Origin: Balneola sp.
GTDB lineage: Bacteria > Bacteroidota > Rhodothermia > Balneolales > Balneolaceae
Reading direction: 5' to 3'
DNA: 64,000 nucleotides
Assembly: GCA_965284405.1 (NCBI GenBank)
Contig: OZ260081.1
Location: forward strand, 2,209,732 to 2,273,731
In this document: one piece after another, positions 50,881 to 60,182 of the stretch
Layout: each line of letters begins with the position of its first letter
How positions within the stretch are numbered: the stretch's first letter is position 1
Made by a program: the position numbers and the translations under genes
The notes under the pieces: model-generated
Told to the model about the DNA's origin: nothing
What the model saw: the letters and a program-made list of their open reading frames with translations, nothing else
The model's database searches: none

Positions 50881-50975
50881 ACGACATTCACGAGCGTATG
50901 CGAAATGATCTCCGTAAAAAGCTAAAGCATATCGAATTCAAGAGATTGCGTCGTCACATCCGTTCCTCGCAAATG
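50881..50975. repeat. Degenerate GTCATTGCGAG.../GAGATTGC...CCTCGCAATGAC-type REP doublet
   Basis: ACATTCACGAGCGTATGCGAAATGATCTC ... GAGATTGCGTCGTC...CCTCGCAAATG. Confidence 0.5.
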
Positions 50976-50992
50976 GAATTCCATACAAACAC

Positions 50993-51006
50993 AGGGCTGA
51001 AGCCCT
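50993..51006. repeat. GGGCTGAAGCCC-type REP hairpin
   Basis: AGGGCTGAAGCCCT; related copy at 63455-63473. Confidence 0.6.
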
Positions 51007-51051
51007 TGCTAGCATATGTACGAGCCCATTTCTAAACATTTTTAATCTAGG

Positions 51052-51479
51052 GTCATCCTGAACTTGTTTCAGGATCTTTGCGGGGTTTATTGCTAGTTGT
51101 TCTATCCGAAACACCAATCAATGTTTAATAACCTCCATCACCCCGCTTTCAGCGAAATGATGGATAGCTACTTCTCCGTCTGTCGGGCTTTGCACGGCTG
51201 ACGGATTTTGATTGTAGTGGAAGGAACGGACCTCCCCGGTTCCGAAATACATTCGTGGGTTCTGAGTAGTTCGCCCCTCCTTAGATAAGGAGGGGAATTC
51301 CCGAGTTGATTCTAAATATTATCAACGACTCCTCCTCCTGTTGCAGGAGGAGACAGAGGAGGTCTTTAACTTTAGAAATCACAATCAAAGTCATTCCTGC
51401 GAAGGCAGGAATCTGGATTGTTATCAAAGAGTGTGATCTTCAAAAAGATCCAGATCTCGGGCATACGCCGCGAGATGAC
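51052..51479 (+). repeat. Composite palindromic element, long form, copy A1
   Basis: Starts GTCATC, ends GATGAC. Ordered hairpins; near-identical to 51788-52222. Confidence 0.9.
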
Positions 51480-51576
51480 CCGTTTTATTATTTTTTTAGC
51501 AGAATTTCCAAAAATTCATCTGATATGTAGCCCGTCTGAAGAATCTTCGTAACAATAGGTCTGAGAAATTACTCAC

Positions 51577-51772
51577 TTACTTTTGTCTTGATACAAAAGT
51601 AACAAAAGATCAAGGCGAAGTATTTAAACCGGGCTCGTTTAATTGTCGCTGAATAATTCCAAAGGTCTTCGTTCTTTTAGAGAAAATTTCTACACTTTTC
51701 ACCTGAAGGAATTATTCCCACTTCGCGGACGCTTACAATTCTTGCTCACTAACCGGTTTTAATACTAAGGCC
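51577..51772. repeat. Structured element B: short perfect hairpin plus long imperfect hairpin
   Basis: TTACTTTTGT-CTTGAT-ACAAAAGTAA. GTATTTAAACCGG(51620)/CCGGTTTTAATAC(51753). GAATAATTCC(51651)/GGAATTATTC(51708). Confidence 0.65.
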
Positions 51773-51787
51773 GATAAAAGTATAACC

Positions 51788-52222
51788 GTCATCCAGTCCG
51801 CCAGCTGGCGGATCAGGATCTTTGCGGGGTTTATTGCTAGTTGTTATATCCGAAACACCAATCAATGTTTAATAACCTCCATCACCCCGCTTTCAGCGAA
51901 ATGATGGATAGCTACTTCTCCGTCTGTCGGGCTTTGCACGGCTGACGGATTTTGATTGTAGTGGAAGGAACGGACCTCCCCGGTTCCGAAATACATTCGT
52001 GGGTTCTGAGTAGTTCGCCCCTCCTTAACCAAGGAGGGGAATTCCCGAGTTGATTATAAATTTTATCAACGAGTCCTCCTCCTGTTGCAGGAGGAGACAG
52101 AGGAGGTCTTTAACTTTAGAAATCACAATCAAAGTCATTCCTGCGAAGGCAGGAATCCGGATCGTAATCAAAGAATGAGTTCTTCAAAAAGATCCGGATC
52201 TCGGGCATACGCCGCGAGATGG
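51788..52222 (+). repeat. Composite palindromic element, long form, copy A2
   Basis: Same module order as A1. First hairpin variant is GTCATCCAGTCCGCCAGCTGGCGGATCAGGATCT. Confidence 0.9.
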
Positions 52223-52260
52223 CCTGTTTTATTATTTTCCCTGCAGAACTTCCCTAGATT

Positions 52261-52285
52261 CATCTGACGGATTACCCGTCTGATG
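52261..52285. repeat. Palindrome family X copy
   Basis: CATCTGACGGATTACCCGTCTGATG, the exact reverse complement of 62926-62950. Confidence 0.9.
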
Positions 52286-52400
52286 TATCTTCGTAGAGAC
52301 AACCTCAACAAGTCCCATCCTCAGGTTTCTTCTGGTTAGTATTAGCCGTATTTTGTGAGATCAATAAAATCCCGTTTTTATAAACAGTTCCTCCAATACT

Positions 52401-53045
52401 ATGAACAAGCAACCGGTTGCTTTAATGAACGATGAAAAAGAGATACTCGACGTCGAATATCCGATCGTGGAGCATTTTTACACGATACAGGGCGAAGGTG
52501 CGCATTCGGGAAGAGCTTCCTATTTCATCAGAACGGCGGGTTGTGACGTAAACTGCTGGTGGTGCGATGTAAAGGAAAGCTGGGAAGAAGAAGGTCACCC
52601 GGTGATGAAAGTTTCTGAGCTGGTGGAAGTCGTAAAAGAAAGTGGCGCTCCGTTTGTAGTGATCACCGGTGGGGAACCATTGATGCACGATCTATTCCCG
52701 CTTACAAAAGCATTGCATTCGCTTGGTGTTCAGATCCATATTGAAACCAGTGGCTCATCTCCGTTGACCGGAGAATTAGACTGGATCACACTTTCACCCA
52801 AGAGATTCAAAAAACCAACCGAAGAGATCTTTGAATTTGTGGATGAACTGAAAGTGGTCGTTCTTACCAACAAAGATCTGGTTTGGGCAGAAGAAAACGC
52901 AGCTAAATGTCCCGAAGGAACGACTTTATTACTACAACCGGAATGGGACACTCCGAAATCCATTCCGCTAATTGTGGAATATGTGAAAGAACATCCTGAG
53001 TGGGGAATCAGCCTGCAGACGCACAAGTTTTTGAAGGTTCCGTAA
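52401..53045 (+). CDS. queE: 7-carboxy-7-deazaguanine synthase (radical SAM)
   Basis: EHFYTIQGEG, CxxxCxxC (CDVNCWWC), ITGGEP, ETSG, TLSPK, LQTHK. Confidence 0.95.
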   Translation: MNKQPVALMNDEKEILDVEYPIVEHFYTIQGEGAHSGRASYFIRTAGCDVNCWWCDVKESWEEEGHPVMKVSELVEVVKESGAPFVVITGGEPLMHDLFPLTKALHSLGVQIHIETSGSSPLTGELDWITLSPKRFKKPTEEIFEFVDELKVVVLTNKDLVWAEENAAKCPEGTTLLLQPEWDTPKSIPLIVEYVKEHPEWGISLQTHKFLKVP

Positions 53046-53761
53046 TGAGTTTCAAAAAATCATCTGTTTTGATAACAGGAGGGAGCAAGGGAATCGGTCT
53101 TTCCATAGCAAAGATGTTTGCTGAAAAGACTGATCATCCTTTAGTGCTGATTGCACGCAACACTTCCGATCTGGAAAAAGCGAAACAGCAATGTCTGGAT
53201 TGGGGCGCACCAAAAGTAGAAACCATTTCTGCAGACCTGACCTCAGAAAAAGAAATTGCCGCTATTGATTTCAGATTGTTGAAGCCGGGAATTTTAGTAA
53301 ACAATGCCGGCGTATTTTTATTTAAGCAGTTAGCAGATACGACCGCCGAAGAATTTGACCGACAATATCGACTCAATACATTTTCCACTTTCAATATCAC
53401 AAAACAAGTGCTCCCGGTGTTGAAAGAACAGGAGCGAGGCTTGATAGTGAATATTTGCTCACAGGCTTCCAAAAAAGGCTATAGAGACAGCGGCGCGTAC
53501 ACGATGAGCAAGCATGCGCTTTTGGGTTACACGCGCTCTCTGCGGAAAGAATTAGCCAAAAAGACCAACATTGCGGTTTCGGCTGTTAATCTGGGACAAA
53601 CTTACTCCACTTCCTGGGAAGATGTGGATATTGAAACTGACAAGCTGATCGATCCGGAAGATGTGGGAAGAGTGATCGTTTCCCTTTCTGAACTCAGCCC
53701 CAGAAGCGTGGTGGAAGAAATCGATATTATGCCACAGGGCGGAGAAGTAAAGCCGATGTAG
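53045..53761 (+). CDS. SDR family oxidoreductase
   Basis: TGGSKGIG, NNAG, YTMSK (YxxxK). TAATG coupling to queE. Confidence 0.93.
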   Translation: MSFKKSSVLITGGSKGIGLSIAKMFAEKTDHPLVLIARNTSDLEKAKQQCLDWGAPKVETISADLTSEKEIAAIDFRLLKPGILVNNAGVFLFKQLADTTAEEFDRQYRLNTFSTFNITKQVLPVLKEQERGLIVNICSQASKKGYRDSGAYTMSKHALLGYTRSLRKELAKKTNIAVSAVNLGQTYSTSWEDVDIETDKLIDPEDVGRVIVSLSELSPRSVVEEIDIMPQGGEVKPM

Positions 53762-53765
53762 GCTT
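53716..53765 (+). repeat. Direct repeat copy 1 (50 bp): SDR 3' end plus 4 nt
   Basis: Matches 54354-54403 with a single mismatch (CAG/CAA). Confidence 0.95.
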
Positions 53766-53782
53766 ATATTTATCGAATCCGG

Positions 53783-54070
53783 TTACAAAATGCTTGACAA
53801 ATCCTGCTTTCCAATAACTGCCATTATTTCTACTATCTCATTATTAATTTTGAAATAAATACTATCTGAACCACAAACACATCGTCGGTATCCTGATTTG
53901 ATGTAATCAACAGATTCAAAAGAGAATGGTCTTTCAGAAATATTATCAAAGCAATCAAATAGAGCTTTAAAATACAGATCGGCTTGTTGTACACCGAACT
54001 GTTTGATACCGTACTGATGAATTCTTATTAAATCTATTTTAGCTTCATTGCTTAACCGATAATCAGCCAT
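53783..54070 (-). CDS. parE: Type II TA toxin, ParE/RelE family
   Basis: YRLSNEAKIDL..I..YG...FG..QAD.Y, YRR..CGS..IYF, IMAVI pattern. Confidence 0.9.
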   Translation of the reverse strand: MADYRLSNEAKIDLIRIHQYGIKQFGVQQADLYFKALFDCFDNISERPFSFESVDYIKSGYRRCVCGSDSIYFKINNEIVEIMAVIGKQDLSSIL

Positions 54071-54305
54071 TTTTCAGCTGAGATTTTGATTGGTTTAGTA
54101 TCTCTTCTTTAGTGTCGGTGGTAAAACCACTTTTTTCAGCTCTTTCCAGTTTTGCTCTGATCCAATTTATCTCAGCATTCTGATTTCTTGCCTGCCGCAC
54201 TAGATCGTTAACTAATTCACTCTTACTGGAATATTCTTCGTTCTCAACCTGAGATTTCAACCATTCATCATTTGGTCTTGTAAATGTAATGCTCTGACGC
54301 GCCAT
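54063..54305 (-). CDS. parD: Type II TA antitoxin, ParD/CopG RHH family
   Basis: RQSITFT...WL..QV...EYSSKSELVNDLVR. Overlaps the parE start. Confidence 0.88.
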   Translation of the reverse strand: MARQSITFTRPNDEWLKSQVENEEYSSKSELVNDLVRQARNQNAEINWIRAKLERAEKSGFTTDTKEEILNQSKSQLKNG

Positions 54306-54353
54306 GTTTTTGATGCAAAATTACACCAATACTGTATCTGAAGCAAATCTTGT

Positions 54354-54403
54354 AGAAATCGATATTATGCCACAAGGCGGAGAAGTAAAGCCGATGTAGG
54401 CTT
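54354..54403 (+). repeat. Direct repeat copy 2 (displaced SDR 3' end)
   Basis: AGAAATCGATATTATGCCACAAGGCGGAGAAGTAAAGCCGATGTAGGCTT; abuts the crotonase stop codon. Confidence 0.95.
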
Positions 54404-55215
54404 CAATCCTTAAAATCAGGTTTCCGCTTTTCCTTCATGGCTTCAAATACTTCAGCCATATCATCAGAAAATAACATAGTGGAATTCCAGCCTGCAATAT
54501 ATTCAAGGCCGTCTTCGACGGAATGATCTCTTGAATGTCGTAATACGTTTTTAGTGCCCCGAATGGAAATGGGTGATTTTTCCGCAATAGTTTTGGCAAT
54601 TTTCGTAACCCCTTCGTGCAATAATTCTTCCGTGTCAAAACATTCATTTACTAAATGAATTTCTTTTGCTTCAGGACCGAATACATTCTTTCCGGTGTAG
54701 GCCATTTCTGCCACGATGGAAGGGGAGATGATCTTTGGTAAGCGTTGAAGCGTGCCCAGATCGGCAACCATAGCCAGATCAATTTCTTTGATACAGAAGT
54801 AAGCGTCTTTAGTGCAATATCTCAGATCACAAGCGGCAACAATATCTACTCCACCACCGATACATCCGTTGTGGACGGCAGCGATCACCGGTTTGGAACA
54901 TTTTTCTATGGATGTAACTGCCTGCTGAAGGATTACAATGAATTCTTTGGCTTTCTCCCTTCGTTGATCTTGATCGGAAATAGCTCGCAATTGATCGATC
55001 GACATTAACAACTCCAGATCTATTCCGGCACAGAAATGCTTTCCTTCTCCGGAGAGAACGATGACTCTGACTTCAGCGGTTTCTGACAGCATTTCAAAGA
55101 TGGATCGCATTTCAAGCCAGGCGTCCATGTTAAGTGCATTCGACTTTTCCGGCCGATTGAAAGCAACCCGCGCTATTTTATGTTCTATGTCAACCTTGAA
55201 GTGATCGTATTCCAT
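54403..55215 (-). CDS. Enoyl-CoA hydratase/isomerase (crotonase; dienoyl-CoA isomerase-like)
   Basis: RPEKSNAL, FCAGIDL, CIGGG, DLGTLQRLP, KRKPDFK. Confidence 0.93.
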   Translation of the reverse strand: MEYDHFKVDIEHKIARVAFNRPEKSNALNMDAWLEMRSIFEMLSETAEVRVIVLSGEGKHFCAGIDLELLMSIDQLRAISDQDQRREKAKEFIVILQQAVTSIEKCSKPVIAAVHNGCIGGGVDIVAACDLRYCTKDAYFCIKEIDLAMVADLGTLQRLPKIISPSIVAEMAYTGKNVFGPEAKEIHLVNECFDTEELLHEGVTKIAKTIAEKSPISIRGTKNVLRHSRDHSVEDGLEYIAGWNSTMLFSDDMAEVFEAMKEKRKPDFKD

Positions 55216-55407
55216 TGTATTGAATTTGGTGGATGGCTGAGGGTGGAATGCTCTTTAATATCAATACTCACAAGTTTATATCAAAGTGAGCATCCGTTGA
55301 ATGACTGAACAAAAAGGATAAGATTTTACTGATGGATGAGATGGAATAGTAGTCAATGACTTCCTAAATTAAAACGACGAAGTTACCACTTTGCTTAAGA
55401 CTACAGA

Positions 55408-57287
55408 GTTGTGCTTCCATATTTTTATTCCATTAATTCATTTATCTTTTCAAACCAACCTTTAACTTCTCCAATTGGATCTCTTTCTTCAATCATTTCA
55501 GCATTCATGTTAGGAAATGCTTTTTCCGATAAGAACTTCTTGGCGTTTGAGTCTCTTATCGGATTTGGAAATCCAACTTTCATAGAGTAGGCTTCAGCAA
55601 ATATTCTTGGTGTTGCCTTATTGTCTTGATTAAGTTGATCTGGGATTTCTATTTCTATATCAAAAGCTAGCTTAATTGCATCCTTATGTAAATAGCTTTC
55701 AATTTCGAGTTTCTTTGTTAGCTGACCACAAGAAATATCAGGTCTAGCATTAATTTCATCAATCGACTCTTGATACTTAGCAACATCGCTGTCATATAAA
55801 TGAAATTCTGGTTTACCTAATTCCTTTAAGTAGTTTTGATTAACCCAATGTTTCAAGGTTGAACCACCCATTAATATAAAGGCCACTCGTTCATCATTTG
55901 ATAGGTCTGGTAATTCAGGATACTTCGTTTTCATAGCTCTACTAAGACATCCTAATGCTATAACGTCAGTTGGGCCTTCAACACAAAACAGAACTTTTAC
56001 TCTACTATCAGGAGTAACACCCAATGTCTCTGCAATTTTTGGAAAAACATTGTCTCCAGCCTCAATTGTCAACTTATCGTTTTCATCTGTGTGTACAAAC
56101 CTTAAGCTATCAACAGGTAATTCAGAAGCTAGACCTGGACTGTGAGTAGTTAGAATAATTTGGCAACTACTTTCATTTGCAAGTGATTTAAATGATTCTA
56201 TTAGAACTTTTTGATTGTTAGGGTGTTGGGCAGTTTCAGGTTCTTCAATTGCATATATAATATTTTGTTTAGCAGAAGATTTTAGTCTTCTCTCTGCTTC
56301 TGCTTTGAAGAAGCTCACAAGTATCATTCGTCTGACACCGCTTCCTCTCTTATTTAGTGGAATACCATCGTCTGTGTCTAATTGAATTGAAAATAGACCA
56401 TTCCATCTAGCTGGAGTTGGAGGATTAAATTTTGGTTCGAGTTTACTTGCTAAATTTTCATCTATTTCAGCTAAGGCCTTATGAGTATTAGTTGCTATTT
56501 CCTCAGCCTTTTCCCTAACTTTTTGCTGTATTTCGTTTATCTCCTTCTGAACTTCTGAAATTGCAGTTGCTATAGCAGCTTTCATTGGATTTTGAACTTC
56601 ATTATCGGAATCACTACTGCTCCTATCACTTTGAAATAAAGCGAAAATTGGTAGGAAAGCATCGATTTGTTCCCAAATTCGTTTTGCATCCTCTTTAGGC
56701 TTGGATACAGGAATTTCCACTATATCTAGTTTTAGGTCACTAACTGAATCCCAAATTGCCTTTCGCATAGTAGGATTACCTTTTAGTTTGGAATCTAAAG
56801 ATTTTGATTTGATTATCGATTGCAATTCCTTCTCTTTTAACTCCAAAAGGTTCGATACTTCATTTTCGGTTGGGTGGTGTGCAACAATAAATATGTCAAT
56901 GGAAGGTGTTTTTTTTCCGCAATCAATACATTTCTTAATTACTAAAGTCTTATCTATTGAAAGCAAATACTCTTGTTTCAAACTAGTAGGAGAAGAAGTA
57001 TCTATTGAAATTTCGTCAGGATAATCCGTGAACTCGCATGTAATCTCAACAGTTTTATCTTTTGAATGTACATTAGCATCTGAAGATTCAATCTTGACAG
57101 TGCTATTGTTAAAGAAAATCTCTAATGCTTCCAATATTGTCGATTTACCAACATCATTCTTACCGATAATGGTAGTCAATTGGTCAAAATCAATTCGAGT
57201 TTCTGATTGATAAGCTCGAAAATTCTTTATGGTCAAGGATTTTAAGTTCATTCTTATGTTTTACAGGGAGTACAACTTGGGCATAAC
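55408..57287 (-). mobile_element. Integron gene-cassette-like unit carrying the OLD nuclease
   Basis: On the minus strand, GTTATGC (57287-57281) lies 30 nt before the ATG and GCACAAC (55414-55408) lies 10 nt after the stop. No complete attC or intI seen. Confidence 0.4.
55425..57251 (-). CDS. OLD-family ATP-dependent nuclease (ABC ATPase + TOPRIM), stand-alone
   Basis: IKNFR, Walker A GKNDVGKS, signature GSG, Walker B/D-loop IEEPETAQHP, H-loop LTTHSP, TOPRIM VEGPTD and YDSD. Confidence 0.88.
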   Translation of the reverse strand: MNLKSLTIKNFRAYQSETRIDFDQLTTIIGKNDVGKSTILEALEIFFNNSTVKIESSDANVHSKDKTVEITCEFTDYPDEISIDTSSPTSLKQEYLLSIDKTLVIKKCIDCGKKTPSIDIFIVAHHPTENEVSNLLELKEKELQSIIKSKSLDSKLKGNPTMRKAIWDSVSDLKLDIVEIPVSKPKEDAKRIWEQIDAFLPIFALFQSDRSSSDSDNEVQNPMKAAIATAISEVQKEINEIQQKVREKAEEIATNTHKALAEIDENLASKLEPKFNPPTPARWNGLFSIQLDTDDGIPLNKRGSGVRRMILVSFFKAEAERRLKSSAKQNIIYAIEEPETAQHPNNQKVLIESFKSLANESSCQIILTTHSPGLASELPVDSLRFVHTDENDKLTIEAGDNVFPKIAETLGVTPDSRVKVLFCVEGPTDVIALGCLSRAMKTKYPELPDLSNDERVAFILMGGSTLKHWVNQNYLKELGKPEFHLYDSDVAKYQESIDEINARPDISCGQLTKKLEIESYLHKDAIKLAFDIEIEIPDQLNQDNKATPRIFAEAYSMKVGFPNPIRDSNAKKFLSEKAFPNMNAEMIEERDPIGEVKGWFEKINELME

Positions 57288-57583
57288 ACACATTATTCAT
57301 GTTTTCCCAGTTTGCGGTTAAAGTTTTATTCGTATTATTCTTAAAATAATTTGGATAAAGTGAACAATTCCAGCAAGTAAAGCAAAAACTTATTATTCGG
57401 GTGTTTTTGGTTTGTCGTTCAGGGGATTTGCAATTTCGGAATGGGTTCATTTGCGGTAAAACCAAATGGGGGGGATTGCGATCCGCCCGTACGGAATTTT
57501 GGTTTTTAATTCGCCGTTCCAAATGCGGTTGGACATTTCGCGTACAAAATTCGGTTTGCCAATGTGGGCGGATTTGCTCCGGT

Positions 57584-58165
57584 TCAGCGATCGTTCAGAC
57601 CTTTGCCTTCAAGGATGTCGGGAATACATTTTTCAACTCGTGAGGCCCGGGTTTTGGATTGTTTGGCTCCTGAGAAGTGGAGGAGATAGCCTCTTTGTCG
57701 GCCGGGAGTGAGTGACTCAAAAGCTTCTTTCAGTTCAGGCATGGCATCCAGTTTTTCCCGGAATTCTTCTGCCATTTCAAAGTCAGCAGTCTTCTTCATT
57801 GGGACTTCCAGTCCTGCTTTTTCAACTTCAACCGCTTCAAAGATATAAGATCGTAAGACTGCCATCATATCATTTATTTGTTCCACATCGGTGAAACGAA
57901 TTTGTCGTGCCGACTGTACATTTTTTGTCTGCTGTACTAAAATGTCTTCCGCATCATTCAGCAACACTCCTTTATGGAACAACAGCGCGCAATAGTCTTT
58001 GAATCCGTGTATCAACACCACATTGTTCCCGTTTACGGTGTAGCATGGTTTGCCCCATTTTAATTCTTCGTTCAGTCCGCAATCCAGAATAATGGTTCTC
58101 AATAATTCATATTCGTCCTGCCATTTGCTGTGTTTATTAAAAAAGAAATCAACCTTGGGATTCAT
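57584..58165 (-). CDS. YdeI/OmpD-associated family protein (DUF1801 + OmdA)
   Basis: LNEELKWGKPCY, HGFKDYCALLFHKG, QSARQIRF, AFESLTPGRQRGY. Confidence 0.9.
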   Translation of the reverse strand: MNPKVDFFFNKHSKWQDEYELLRTIILDCGLNEELKWGKPCYTVNGNNVVLIHGFKDYCALLFHKGVLLNDAEDILVQQTKNVQSARQIRFTDVEQINDMMAVLRSYIFEAVEVEKAGLEVPMKKTADFEMAEEFREKLDAMPELKEAFESLTPGRQRGYLLHFSGAKQSKTRASRVEKCIPDILEGKGLNDR

Positions 58166-58278
58166 GGTGTGCATTTACTGATTTTGCATTGGGATTTTAC
58201 GTTCCGCGGGTCTGAGAACCTGTTGTATAGTAAAAATAATCGTTGATCTTTCGAAACGGAAGTGTTTTCAATTTTGGG

Positions 58279-58470
58279 GTCATCCTGAACTCGTTTCAGG
58301 ATCTTCGCGGGGTTCGTTTCTGGTTGTTATACCCGACACTTCGATCAACGTTGTGTGAACCTGCGTTACCTCGATTTACGGTCATTCCTGCGAAGGCAGG
58401 AATCTGGATTGTTATCACAAGCATAATCCTCTAAAACTATCCAGATCTCGGGCATGCGCCGCGAGATGAC
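58279..58470 (+). repeat. Composite palindromic element, short form, copy A3
   Basis: GTCATCCTGAACTCGTTTCAGGATCT ... GTCATTCCTGCGAAGGCAGGAATC ... GATCTCGGGCATGCGCCGCGAGATGAC. Confidence 0.88.
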
Positions 58471-58557
58471 CTATCTGGGGTTTTGGATATAAAAAAGAAA
58501 TCTCAAATAGATATCTACCTTCGAAAATTTAATACCCGCTTCCTCATTAGCTCATAA

Positions 58558-59730
58558 GTGTTATCTTTCATTTATGAGATCGAATTATTTGGTGCAATTT
58601 ACATGAGTGTGATATTTTTTCTGGGAGCTGTTCACGGATTGATGCTTACTTTTCTGCTGTTTTCGAAAAAAGTGAATCAACTTTCGAACCGGATTCTGGC
58701 TGCATTAATGCTGGTTTTTACTGTTGACCTGGCTATGGCGGCTTTGCTGAGTGTTGGTTTGCATCACAACTATCCTCATGTGATCGGTCTGGATTTCTCA
58801 ATTACTTTACTGTACGGCCCGTTGCTCTATCTTTATTCCGAAACATTAATAAAAGGAAATGAGCGACTCACTCTTGCTCAGAAAAAGCATTTCATTCCAT
58901 TTATTCTTTTAACTCTGTATTTCCTTCCCTTTTATTTTAATTCAGGAGAAACCAAACTAAATCTGCTAAGCAAAACCGGTGAATTACAGTACGGGAGTGA
59001 ATGGATTACTCATTTCAAAGTAGTGTTCAGTCTTGCTTACTTACCTTTTATAATCAGGGATCTGTATCAGTACAGAAAAAAGATCAGAGCGAATTATTCC
59101 ACACTGGAAAAGCGGAATCTGGACTGGTTGCAGGGTTTTGTACTGGCAGGTACGCTGCTCGGAATTACTGCCGGAGTTCTATATACGGTAAGCTCATTCA
59201 GTGATATGCTTAGCGAATACACCGATTTTACACTTCTAGCTTCTACCATTTTTGTGTACAGCATCGGTTATATGGGATTGAAACAGGCTGAGTTCTTTAC
59301 TCCGATCGGAAGGGAAGAGAAGCAAGTTCCCAAAGAGGAGAAACCACGACAGGAGAGTTACACTCGCTCCGGATTAAATGAAAAACAAGGCAAAGAATTG
59401 CATCAGCAGCTTTGCGCATTGATGGAAAAGGAGAGACCATATTTGCGCAGCGATCTCAGCTTAGCCGAACTTGCAGGATTGATGAATATTTCCACTCACA
59501 ATTTAACGGAAGTGATCAATACATTTGCTGATGCCAGTTTCTACGATTTCGTAAACAGCTATCGGGTAGAAAACGTAAAACAAGCGATCAAAGATCCTGA
59601 ATTCCAAAATTATACGTTACTGGGAATCGGATTAGAATCGGGTTTTAATTCTAAATCATCGTTTAACTCGGTTTTCAAAAAGCATACAGGATTAACTCCG
59701 TCGCAGTTTAAAAAGTCTCTTGAGGGTTAA
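58558..59730 (+). CDS. AraC family transcriptional regulator with N-terminal membrane sensor domain
   Basis: About 7 TM helices, then YLRSDLSLAELA...FYDFVNSYRVE...GFNSKSSFNSVFKKHTGLTPSQF. Start may be ATG 58603. Confidence 0.92.
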   Translation: MLSFIYEIELFGAIYMSVIFFLGAVHGLMLTFLLFSKKVNQLSNRILAALMLVFTVDLAMAALLSVGLHHNYPHVIGLDFSITLLYGPLLYLYSETLIKGNERLTLAQKKHFIPFILLTLYFLPFYFNSGETKLNLLSKTGELQYGSEWITHFKVVFSLAYLPFIIRDLYQYRKKIRANYSTLEKRNLDWLQGFVLAGTLLGITAGVLYTVSSFSDMLSEYTDFTLLASTIFVYSIGYMGLKQAEFFTPIGREEKQVPKEEKPRQESYTRSGLNEKQGKELHQQLCALMEKERPYLRSDLSLAELAGLMNISTHNLTEVINTFADASFYDFVNSYRVENVKQAIKDPEFQNYTLLGIGLESGFNSKSSFNSVFKKHTGLTPSQFKKSLEG

Positions 59731-59745
59731 GATTCAAGAGGTAGG

Positions 59746-60155
59746 GTAATCCTGTTCGCCAGCTAGTGGATCAGGATCTTTGTGGGGTTTAATTCGGTTG
59801 TTATATCCGGCATTCCGATGAATCCTGACACAATCTCCATCACCCCGCTTTCAGCGAAATGATGGAAAGCTAATTCTCCGTCTGTCGGGCTTTGCACGGC
59901 TGACGGATTTTGGTTGCTGAGATAAGAAACGGACCTCCCCAATTTCGAAACAAATTCTCGGGTTCTGAGTAGTTCACCCCTCCTTGGATAAGGAGGGGAA
60001 TTTGTGAGTTGATTCTAATTTTATCAACGAGTCCTCCTCCTGTTGCAGGAGGAGAAAGAGGAGGTCTTTTCTACTTTGCGATCAAGAATCCGGATCGTTA
60101 TCAAGAGTCTAGTCTTCATATAAATCCGGATCTCGGGCATACGCCGCGAGATGAC
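59746..60155 (+). repeat. Composite palindromic element, long form, copy A4
   Basis: Same module order as A1/A2 with diverged spacers. Confidence 0.88.
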
Positions 60156-60182
60156 GCCCTTTTTTTATTTTGGTTTTTGAGC

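Noticed and set aside
50351-52400. preQ1 riboswitch upstream of queD or queE
   Set aside because: No 5-bp P1 stem with the conserved loop and downstream A-tract of class I aptamers could be identified by eye.
55425-58165. Gabija or retron system
   Set aside because: No UvrD-like GajB or reverse transcriptase next to the OLD gene. Its neighbours are a crotonase and YdeI.
59717-59740. CTCTTGA-N10-TCAAGAG inverted repeat over the araC stop as a mobile-element end
   Set aside because: Only 7 bp, single occurrence and no partner end; could be chance or a weak terminator.
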